Made by a program: the position numbers and the translations under genes
Assembly (NCBI RefSeq): GCF_006345805.1
Contig: NC_043005.1
Coordinates: forward strand, 58,590,001 to 58,654,000
Length of the DNA stretch: 64,000 nucleotides
From: Octopus sinensis
Lineage: Eukaryota
Direction of reading: 5' to 3'
The notes under the pieces: model-generated
What the model was told of the DNA's origin: nothing
What the model saw: only the letters and a program-made list of their open reading frames with translations
The model's database searches: none
Part shown: positions 53,395 through 64,000 of the stretch, in pieces
Layout of the letters: every line of letters begins with the position of its first letter
How positions within the stretch are numbered: position 1 is the first letter of the stretch

Positions 53395-54384
53395 ACACAC
53401 ACACACATGTGTGTGTGTATATATATATATATGTATGTATGTATGTATGTATATTAATAAATATATTTCTCAACATGCATATTTATGGGTGGGGAAATTA
53501 TATCATTATATATAAATTTATTAATTAAATCAGAAATTAATTGTTAAATCCTCTGGACACTAAACAGAAGGAAATTAAATTCATGTCAGTTACTAAATAG
53601 ATTGCCTTTATATAGGAGAGTGTCTTTCCCAACTACACATGTATACACACACCTCTACACATATATGCTTACATATCTATTGACAATCCACATATATGGT
53701 ACATGCATTCACTAACAAATAGACACAAATTCATAAGTGCACACTCAGACACTGAAAATTTACAATTTTCTTCAAGACTACTTCTATTTTGAGCACTTGA
53801 ATATTGTATATTCCAATAATTGCTTTAATAATAATGATGGACTCTCCTGTCGAAGACAATGTATGAGTGTTCAGTGTTTGCTGAAGAACCTACAGAAATG
53901 ATTTGTTTATTATGGTCAAATGTTTGTGCTTCACATTAGCTTACTCATTCCATCAAATCAAGATTGTCTGAAGGAGCGTACAGTGTACCATATGTCAGGT
54001 CTCAAAATGATCGCAGAACAATGTTTTACTGAAGAACACAACACACCACCCGGTCTAGGAACTGAAACCATGATCTCACAATCATGAGTGCAACACCATA
54101 ACCAGTAAGGTCATGTGACCTCTTATATAATAATCCTTTCTACTAATGGCACAAGGTCTGAAATTTTGGGGGAGGGGAACCAGTTGATTACATCGACCTC
54201 AGTCTTTTACTGGTACCTAATTTGTCAACCCTGAAAGGATGAAAGGCAAAGTTGACCTCAGTGGAATTTGAACTCAGAGTGTGCAGACAGACGAAATGCT
54301 ACTAAACACTTTGCCTGGCATGCTAACGATATTGCCTGCTCGCTCCCTTGCCCTCGTGAATAATTATAATGATGACAATGTTAA

Positions 54385-55270
54385 TAATATATACAAGAAA
54401 TTGAAAATGAATGAAACTGAAAATAGATGGGTAAAGAAAAGAATGCATGGTCAATTTCATAGGGATGTTGAAGATAAGACAGACAGAGAAAAAAGATGGA
54501 TGGGGATGACTAAAAGTAATTTAAAACCGGAAATGGAGACTCTAATCTGTGCTGCCCAAGAGCAAGTACTAGGAACAAACTACATAAAATACAGAGTAGT
54601 CAACACATCAGAAAGTGATAAGTGCAGAATCTGTGAACAAAATGGTGAAACTTTATGGCATATTACCAGGCAATGTACACCACTAGCCCAGAAGGAATAT
54701 AAGAGATGCCCCGACAATATAGCCAGGCTTGTCCATAGGACACTTTGCAACAAGTATGGACTTGACAGAGGAAAAAATTGGTACGACCACAAACCTGAAG
54801 GCATCGTCAAAAATGGAAATGCAAAGATCCTATGGTATTTTATGATTCAGTGCAACCATGAGATAGAGAATAGGAAGCTGGACATAGTCTTAATTGAGAA
54901 AGAAAATAAACTATGCTGGATCATAGATATAGCATGCCCAGCTGACAACATGGCATGTGATAAGGAAGAAAGAAAAGTTGTAAGATATGACAGGTTAGCT
55001 TGGGAAGTTAAGCAGTTGTGGTCGATGAAAAAGGTAGCAGTAATGCCAATAATTGTCAGAGCCCTGGGAACAGTGAACAAAAATCTCGAGATTTACTTGG
55101 AACAAATAGGGGCTGCAATAAGGGTGGAGCACTTGCAGAAAACGGCACTGCTTGGAACCACTTGAATACTCCGAAGGTGCTCGAAAAATAAGAGGTGTTA
55201 CCTTAGTTCACTGGTAGTGAACAGCTGACACCGTAGTACGTCTTCAGCGTTAGAAGCTGTGCAAAGGCAA
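54385..55270 (+). mobile_element. 5'-truncated R4/Dong-like non-LTR retrotransposon (CCHC knuckle, RLE endonuclease, 3' UTR)
   Basis: The ORF contains ETLICAAQEQVLGTNYIKY, a C-x2-C-x8-H-x4-C knuckle (CRICEQNGETLWHITRQC), RKLDIVLIEKENKLCWIIDIAC and K..RY..L motifs. It ends in (TAA)n. The first residues of the tracked ORF 54281-55165 come from an adjacent SINE and array. Confidence 0.88.
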
Positions 55271-55336
55271 TAATAATAATTCAGAAATTCAAAAATTCAA
55301 TGATGTGAACATCAGTATATATATATATTATTATTA

Positions 55337-55378
<42 letters not shown>

Positions 55379-55764
55379 CATTATTTTTCCTATCAGTAAT
55401 TAAAAATAGAACAAGGTGAAATGCTTCTTTTCAAGACCGAGGTCAGTGCTCTCATTGATCGCTAGTAGAAGTAAACATATTTGACCTCTGCTGACCCAAA
55501 GGGTGTGAGGCCTATTTTGTCTCCTTATCACACAGGAATGTCCATTGCTGACCTCCTCACTATCTTCAGAATTTATGTACAGACCTTTAGAATTTGGTCT
55601 TAATTAGCAAGCTGCCACTCTTCCTCCTACACAGCCATGAAGTGACACCCACCACCCTGGGTAGGTGGGCAGGTTATTCACCTCTTCAGTTTAGCCAACT
55701 TTCAGCCCCTACTGAATAGATTTTACACCCACAATTTGAATTACAGAGACTATGGAAAGTGTGG

Positions 55765-55965
55765 GTAAAATGTATCCCAGTAGTTATAGGTGCATTGGGA
55801 ACTATCCCTAAAGATCTGAATAGATAGATAGAGGAAATAGGCATAAAACCCAGTTTAGTACAGCTGTGGGAAACAGTGTTATTAGGGACAGCTAGGATAT
55901 TTAGGAGGGTTCTTAGTATCTAAGGTTACTTGCTGTAACCCGATAGGAGGGTTCTTGGCATCTAA
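55765..55965 (+). mobile_element. Extreme 3' end of an RLE-clade LINE (another subfamily)
   Basis: Reads VKCIPVVIGALGTIPKDLNR*IEEIGIKPSLVQLWETVLLGTARIFRRVLSI*. The terminal ~40 bp is tandemly duplicated. Confidence 0.7.
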
Positions 55966-56639
55966 GGCTACTTGTTGCAGCTCAATGTTAGCATTCTTTT
56001 CTTTTTCAACATTTTAATCTATTGGGTATATAGGAATAACAATAACAACAATAATATTTGGAAATAAGCAGTCATTCTCTGCAAGAATTCACACAGAATG
56101 GAGAACCACGCTGAAATTTGGCATTAATCCATCATTATAGTCTAAATATATATAAATTCTGTAATATCATAGTATAGAATAATAGAAAATGGTTCTTAGC
56201 CAAATTTTTATATTATAACATTTTCTCAACTTTTATAACTTCCCAGCAAAATTTACGGTTACAAAATGTCTAGACAATCATCTCATTTCACCGATTATAG
56301 AGCCAATTAATTTTATATTAATTCCTCAAATTTCGGTAAGTTTATTCACCAAAATGTTTTTAGTATATGTATTTAGCTTATTGAAAATATTTAGTTTCCA
56401 CTTCTATGATAATGACACTGATTACATTTAATAAGTACTTAATATGACACGAAGCAACTCTGAATATTTATTTAATATCTAATATGGTTACTTGATTTCT
56501 ACACAAATCCATTTTCAAGAAATATATGAAAAAATAAAATCTTTCTTTTTCATCTTTCTGAATTAGATAATAAAATGTCGATAAAACATTGGTCTATTGG
56601 TCCATTGATCATGAGATCATATTCTCTTGATGGTTTTCA

Positions 56640-56684
<45 letters not shown>

Positions 56685-57154
56685 CATTATTATTATTATT
56701 ATTGTTGTTGTTGTTGTTGTTGTTGTTGTTATTATTTTCATCATCATCATTATTACTATTACGAAGGCAATGAGCTGGCAGAATTGTTAGCTTGCTGGGC
56801 AAAGTGGTTAGTGACATTTCATCCATTCATAGGTCTTGAGTTCAAATTCTGCCGAGGTCACCTTTGTCTTTCATCCTTTCAGGGTCAATAAATTAAGTAC
56901 CAGTTGAGCATTGGGGTTGATGTAATTGACTATCCCCTTCTCCCAAAATTTCAGATCTTGTGCCTATAATAGAAAATATTATTATCCTTATTACTATCGT
57001 TATTGTTACCAAAATGGTGAGCTGGTAGAATTGTTAGCATGCTGAGAAAAATGCTTAGTTGCATTTTCTTCGTTTTTATGCTCTGAGCTCAAATTCCACT
57101 GTTGGTAACTTTGCCTTTCACCCTTTCAGGGTCGATAGAAATAAGTACCAGGTA

Positions 57155-57600
57155 AGCACTTTTGCACACCCCAGTCTCATGATGCTTCCATCCTTCCATT
57201 TTGCATTCAAACTCAGTTCCCTGATAGATTTCACAGGGTTCCAGCACATCCCACTTGATCCTACTCTTTTCCTCCATCAGATCGTTCAGTCCAGACCTCT
57301 TTACTAAAGACCTGCACTTGTAGGTACATATGGTAAGATTAGCCCTTTTCTGCGGTGGCTTCCAGATACCTGAGAGTCTTAGTAGCCTCTCACCGTTTGG
57401 ATTGCACCCCACTGCCACTGAATGATCCAACTGGTATGCAAGGAACTGAAGCCCTTTGCCAAATGCAGTTTCAGCCATGAAGTGACACCCACCCTCCTGG
57501 ATAAGTGGGCAGGTTATTCACCTCTTCAGTTAAGCCAACCTCCAGCCTCTACTGAATAGATTTTACACCCATTTTAGCAAAGGCTGTCCATCAGCATGGT
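57155..57600 (-). mobile_element. RTE-clade LINE 5' fragment (5' UTR and start of the APE endonuclease)
   Basis: NLTICTYKCRSLVKRSGLNDLMEEKSRIKWDVL resembles the APE motif L.I.TYN.R.L...L..IKWD. A ~90-bp UTR block (57480-57570) recurs at ~55640-55735. Confidence 0.6.
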
Positions 57601-57922
57601 TGTTAGTTCGGTACCATTGTGGTTATGTTGGACTTCCAGAGTATACATATGTATATCCACTCACCATCGGCACCAAGTGACCAGGAGCACTGCTGTGCCA
57701 CATTGAAGCACTGGAATAGGACTTGCAGTGGATCTTAAATTATATCTTGTTTTAATCATTGTGTATTTTATTATAAATTTTTTTCCACATTAATATGTTT
57801 ACAAGTCTATATTTCTGTACATGTACGTGTATATGTGTATATATATGTATATACTGGAGTAAACACATAATGTGAAACAAGGTGGAAAAAAGAGTACTCA
57901 AATACCAGGGTAGAGTAATATG

Positions 57923-58003
57923 CTTTATTTCAAAGCAGCAGAAATTCAACAAAACCTGTTGAAGTAACAGGTTTTGTTGAATTTCTGCTGCTTTGAAATA
58001 AAG
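57923..58003. repeat. Perfect 38-bp inverted repeat with a 5-nt loop
   Basis: ctttatttcaaagcagcagaaattcaacaaaacctgtt-gaagt-aacaggttttgttgaatttctgctgctttgaaataaag. Confidence 0.95.
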
Positions 58004-58069
58004 TATATATGTATATATATATATATATATATGTGTGTATATGTATATGTATATATATATATATAATAT

Positions 58070-58114
<45 letters not shown>

Positions 58115-58678
58115 TAGTGGTACAACAATGCACCAATATTTATTGGAACTAGCAGTCGATAATATACGATACTATAGTAAAGCTTCACTGTATATATATA
58201 CCAGCAAAATGTTATTGGGTGGCAAGCATAAAAAATTTCATCTTACCTGTAGGAAGAACATTAAATAAATGTACAACCCAGATGTGAATAATCTAGGACC
58301 TAGGTTTTGACCTTTACAAATTACGTTTGTTAATGTAAATTTGATTAGTTCTCATCGGCTAGATTTACCTGGATAAAATCTCAAATGCTGTTTCATCAAT
58401 ACCAGTATATACTAGTCTGAAATACATAGCTGTTAACAGAATGAGAACAGTGAAAAAGTTTTCAAAGAAAAATTATTAAATAGTGCAATACAGTAGTGTT
58501 GCTTCCCAGTAAAACAAAGCACCATCAGGTTAAAGTATAAATAAGATAGTCGTACAGCAATGCACCAATATTTACTGGAAATAGCTGTTGATAATATATG
58601 ATGCTATAGTAAAGCTTACTGTATATATATACTGGCAAAATGTTATCAGACAGCGAACATAAAAAATTTCATCTTACC

Positions 58679-58818
58679 TGTGGCAGTGGTTTCAGGTTCT
58701 TCAAACATTTCAGGTTTAATGCCCGGTCCCTTTGCGAATTTGCAAGCTTCCTTAACAATAGAATGTGATTTTTTGCTATTTTCATGTTTGCACACAAGTT
58801 GCAGTGTCCAGTCCTCTT
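58679..58818 (-). mobile_element. Short internal fragment of an RLE-clade LINE (post-RT region)
   Basis: Open frame EDWTLQLVCKHENSKKSHSIVKEACKFAKGPGIKPEMFEEPETTAT starts directly after a TAA tract. Its resemblance to the post-RT linker of R4/Dong elements is from memory. Confidence 0.45.
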
Positions 58819-59389
58819 ATTATTATTATCATTATTGAGTGAGAGAGCAGTACATATCATCATGCCATCAAAGTGACACTGGTGACAAATATATAAAGCC
58901 CAGTACGCCCATCATGACTACCTGCCTGATAAGGGTACACCGGGCACATGCATCACAACTATATATGCATGACATGTTGATCTGATATCGAGATAAACAG
59001 TGCATGACCTTGCAGGTGAGGCCCAGTTAGAATTTTCATCAGGTTGATAGCCCATCCCACTCAAAAGGTCCCTGAATAGAGGTTGTTTAAGGGTGTTGAC
59101 TGAAACACCCATGCTTCTAGAGGTGAATTATTCAAATCCCAAAGAATTCCTCTCAACACATAGCTATGATGCACCCCGCCACTACTTCTTCTTGTGATCA
59201 GAGATGCACATATCATCAGCCACCAAGGGACATGCTCAACTAGTTAAGGTCAAACAACTGACTAGCAAATCTGGGTATTGAGCAAAATATTTGCTGTAGC
59301 CTATTTCTTATACTGAAATAAAATATGTACATGATAAAAATTCCAATCAGTTACGGTCAGAGGCCATGCAAACTAGTACTACATTGTTA

Positions 59390-59441
<52 letters not shown>

Positions 59442-60339
59442 ATGGTCTTTACCCATCACTACTCAGCTGGTAAAAATATATTTGTTAATTGTACACATAC
59501 CTTCTTTTAATAGTAGACTGTTATATAGTGAAAGTCTCATTACTTACTATGGTGACAACATTCTCTCTATCTATCTATCTATCTATCCATCCATCCACCC
59601 ATCCATCCATCTATCTATTTATTTATCTGTCAGTCTATCTCTCTTTCATACTCTCTCTCTCTCTCTCAACATTTTCTCCTCTCCATCTTCTAAATACAAA
59701 TTGGGATATATATATATTGATTTCTCCTCTTCTTTTCCTCCCTCCAATGGATATTGTGACCTGACTGACTGATGGAGAACCACTCCTGTTTTACAATAAG
59801 ATTATTAAGGCAGTGATCTGGCAGAATTTTTAGCACTCTGGGCAAAATGCTTACTGGCATTTTGTCTGTCTTTACAATCTGAATTCAAATTCCATCAAGG
59901 TTGACTTTGCCTTACATCTTTTTGGGGTTGATAAAATAAGTACCATTTGAGCACTGGAGTCAATGTAATTGACTTACACTCTCATAGCCAAAATTGTTGG
60001 CTATGTGCCAAAATTAGAAATCATCCTCCTCCTCCTCCTCCGCCTCCTACTCATCATCATCATCATCATCATAATCATTACTATTATTATTATTAAGGCA
60101 GCAAGCTGGCAGAATTGTTAGCACACCAGGCAAAATGCTTAGCGGCATTTCATCTGTCTTTGTGTTCTGAGTTCAAATTTCACCGAGGTTGATGTTGCCA
60201 TTCATCCTTTGAAGGTTGATAAAATAAGTACCAGTGAAACACTAGGGTCAATGCAGTCGACTAGCTCCCTTATCCCCCCAAAAATTTCAGGCTTTGTGCC
60301 TACAGAAGAAGTGATTATTAATATCATTATTACTAACAA

Positions 60340-60700
60340 TAACTTTTCAAACTCCTTTTCAAACTCCACCTGTCTAACACCCATGGACATGTTTACAAAG
60401 TCAGAAAACAGCACAGCTCCCATGACTTTCGGAAACATTTTTTCGCACTAAGAGTTGCTGAAATATGGGACTGCTGGCATCAGTTGTTGGTGGTCGGAGC
60501 ACTGCATCCTTCAAAACTACCATGCTTCCTGAGATTCACCAACACTACACCTGATTTCCTCCTCACCATACACACTCAAGCATGTATCTGATTCATACAC
60601 TGTTCACTTTCCAGACATTTGTACATTACTGCATATGCTTTATACACACTTTTGACAAGTTGTGGTGCACCTGAGCACTGTATACAATAATTTCATAATT
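60340..60700 (+). mobile_element. CR1-clade LINE 3' end with (TTA)n tail
   Basis: Reads NTHGHVYKVRKQHSSHDFRKHFFALRVAEIWD, a frameshift, then ASVVGGRSTASFK, the CR1 C-terminal signature TRGH..K...R..FF..RV...WN.LP..VV...FK. A 3' UTR and an ATT array follow. Confidence 0.8.
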
Positions 60701-60725
60701 ATTATTATTATTATTATTATTATTA

Positions 60726-60770
<45 letters not shown>

Positions 60771-61388
60771 TATTATTATTATCATTATTATTATCATTAT
60801 TATTATTATGATTATTATTATTGTTATTATTAGTTTGGTTTTTGAAATAATCTAAAAATATATTGTCTGATTATCAGATATATTTGTATAAAGCTTGTTT
60901 TAGCTTGAAGCAAGGAATGTAAAGTGAAAGCGTTAATTTGCTTTTGCAGTGTTTTACTTTTAGTTTTACAACACAGTACCAATTCCATTTTGGAGTAGAT
61001 ATGTCCATTTCTCTTCATTCCACCAAAAGGAAAAAAAAAAAAAAGGAAAAAAAAAGGAGAAAAGTGAGAGAAGCAAATATATTCACAAATAAAATGAATA
61101 TAAAAAAGTATATATAAATAAAATGAAGAACATAACTTGTATTCCGAACTAATTGAAGAATCACACGTGTTTTTAACAATTTTATATATATATTCATTTT
61201 TCCCTAATTGGTGTTGTTAAACTGTTTCAAGTTAGAAGAAACAGCACAGCATATAACACTTGTTTAAATGCCTTACAGCAGTTAGCTCCATACCTCTAAA
61301 TTTATAAGTTGAAAATTCTGCTTCTGTCACCTTTTACCTTTCATCCACAGACATATACTGATGTCAATTTAGTTCTGTATCATATAAG

Positions 61389-61444
<56 letters not shown>

Positions 61445-61581
61445 ATATATATATATGTGTATATGTATATATATATATGTATATATATGTATATATATAT
61501 ATATATATGTGTGTATATATGTATATATATATGTATATATATGTATATATATATGTGTACACATGCATATATGTGTGTGTG

Positions 61582-61644
<63 letters not shown>

Positions 61645-63269
61645 TATATATATCACATATATATTATATATATATATTACACACACACACACATCTGTAT
61701 ATATGTGTCTGTCTGTAAAAATCTGATTTCGTTTTGATAACTAAAACCAATATTTTCGTAAAATTGCAATGAATAGAATCAATTGCTTGGATTTCTTTTT
61801 TCTTATATTAACAGTTACCTGCAAAGGTAGGTAATTAGTTCTATTGATTTTTGAAGGAAGTAGCATGTTTCTAGTTTAATAGAACATATGTGGGTTTGAA
61901 CTTCCTTCCTTCTTGGTTACAGTTTCGAATTTCACTTAGGTTGGATTTCCTTTATATTCTTCTGTGGGTACCAAGAAAATCAGATCCAGTTAATTGCGGC
62001 TAACTGGCTTCCATGCCGGTGACATGTAAAAGGCACCATTTGAGTGTGATTGTTACCAGCATTGCCTTACTGGCACCTGTGCCGTTGGCATATGTAAAAA
62101 GATTCGATCGAGGTCGTTGCCAGTACTGCCTGACTGGCCCCCGTGCCGGTGGCATGTAAAAGCACCCACTACACTCTCGGAGTGGTTGGCATTAGGAAGG
62201 GCATCCAGCTGTAGAAAATCTGCCAGATCAAGACTGGAGCCTGGTGCAGCCATCTGGTTTGCCAGCCCTCAGTCAAAATCGTCCAACCCATGCTAGCATG
62301 GAAAGCGGACGTTAAACGATGATGATGATAATGATGATGATGATATGTGTGTGTGTGTATGCATGTGTATGTGTGTGTGTCTTTGTGTCTGTGTTCATCC
62401 ACTACCACAACTTGACAACCAGTGTTGGTGTGTTTGCATCCCCGTAACTTGGCAGTTTGGCTAAAGAGACTGATAGAATAGGTACCAGGCTTAAAAAATA
62501 ATTACTGGGGTTGATTTATTTGACAAAAAATTCAAGATGGTGCTTTAGAGTGGACGCAGTCTAAAGACTGAAACAAGTAAAAGATAAAGAAAGATAGTGC
62601 CCCAGCATGGCCTCAGTCTAATGACTGAAACAAGCAAATAATGTAAAAGATATGCATGCATGTGCATATATGTATGTATGTTACTGTTCCTCATTTTGAT
62701 ATTGCATGGAAGGCAGCGAGCTGGCAGAAACGTTAACACACCGGGTGAAATACTTAGCAGTATTTCGTCTGCTGTTACGCTCTGAGTTCAAATTCCGCCA
62801 AGGTCGACTTTGCTTTTCATCCTTTTGGGGTAGATTAAATAAGTACCAGTTGCACACTGGGGTCCATATAATCGACTTAATCCGTTTGTCCTCTCTGTGT
62901 TTAGCCCCTTGTGTGTAGTAAAGAAGCAGATATTGCATGGTAGTTGTATCTGAGTGTCACAGTCATAGAAACAGTGTCTCTTCATTCCTATCGTCCATGC
63001 TGGGTCATGAGAAATCATAACTGAGTGCCTTGCCTAGAAACAGGTGAGGGTTGGCAACGGGAAGAGCACTAGCTGCAGAAAATCAGCTCCAGCAAAATTC
63101 TGTCTCATCCCTGGAAGCATAGAAAAATGGACATTAAATTAATGGTGATGTGCATGTCTCTATGGAATACCCAACCATTTACATGCTGGTTCAGTGAGCC
63201 CGTTAGATTAAACTAATTTCAATGAAGATCCATTTTTATTATAAAACAATGGCGTATCTATGTGGTTTG

Positions 63270-63845
63270 TTTACCTGCTAGAAATAGCTGCTAAATCTCA
63301 TTCATGTCATATTCTACTGTTATAATGGAAGAAGGACATACTGAACGATGATATCTCTGATGTTGAAAAAGACAAGATGGTTACAGTTGGAATACTTTTA
63401 ATCAAAAGCTTGATCAATCTAGACTGACCTGGGACAAAGCTATTTCACTGAGTGAAAACGATTGTCATCTGTCTTGGGAAAATGTTGGAGGGAGCCCAGT
63501 ACCCTATGAGGTTACTTAATCAGCTAGAAACAACAGCAACATCTCCCTCATACTATAGCATACTGTTTTAAAAATAGCATGACCGTTTGTGACAGGGTGG
63601 TTCTAGTCATACAGAAAGCTGGGATAGTTAGTACTGGAATGGATCTGATCAGATATTGCTCTTGTTGTTGCTGTTTAGTCCCTGGCCAACTTTGATTAAG
63701 TAGATCTATGATCAAAGGCCTTCCAACATGACCTTCTTGTCTTTTTTCTTCTATATGCAGAAAACTCAGAGCCACGTCCACTGTATCTGTTTTTGCAATT
63801 GTAGTGTGTGATTTGAGGGAGATTTGAAGGCTATTTCTAGTAAGT
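63270..63845. repeat. Cluster of three pieces of a further short interspersed family
   Basis: The motif ctgctagaaatagc(a/t)gc(c/t)aaatctc occurs at 63275(+), 63525(+) and reversed at 63800-63845. Fragments also lie near 1265, 3225, 26825 and 33410. Confidence 0.5.
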
Positions 63846-64000
63846 TAAATGAATACTAAGAGACTCTTTCATTGGCTCATTGACTGGATTCTTGCTTAAT
63901 TAGGACTGACATGACCTTAAACAACAACAGTATTAACTTGTAAAGTAGAGAGCTATGTCTACAAAATGGCACAATTTGGACTTCCAAAGCATTTGACAAC

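Noticed and set aside
54281-55165. 294-aa ORF as a host gene
   Set aside because: It is chimeric: an antisense SINE plus an AT array fused to the C-terminal part of an RLE LINE.

Overview
AT-rich eukaryotic DNA dense in repeats and microsatellites. The SINE types, (TA)n/(TG)n/(ATT)n load and LINE types resemble a coleoid cephalopod (Octopus-like) genome; this is inference, not a database result. There are no prokaryotic features, CRISPR arrays, rRNA genes or true tRNA genes. Almost every ORF in the supplied track is a translation of microsatellite. I recognise one host exon: 39722-39871 (+), 150 bp, clean AG/GT, phase 0-0, resembling the ciliary protein CFAP65/CCDC108, so most of the window is probably intron. 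The rest is transposable element material: several tRNA-derived SINE families; at least six fragments of R4/Dong-like restriction-endonuclease (RLE) LINEs, mostly in (TAA)n tracts; RTE and CR1 LINE fragments; an internally deleted DD37D (maT) element; a Tc1 element with perfect 62-bp TIRs; several fold-back MITEs; Helentron/DINE-like elements; Penelope-like LTR remnants with hammerhead-like motifs; and a near-identical tandem duplication of about 1.6 kb. The best leads are a possible TAA-targeting LINE with a non-autonomous partner, a MITE carrying a captured RTE fragment, degenerate minimal hammerhead motifs, and a four-box CCAAT cluster flanked by divergent splice donors. None is proven to be a new biological system.
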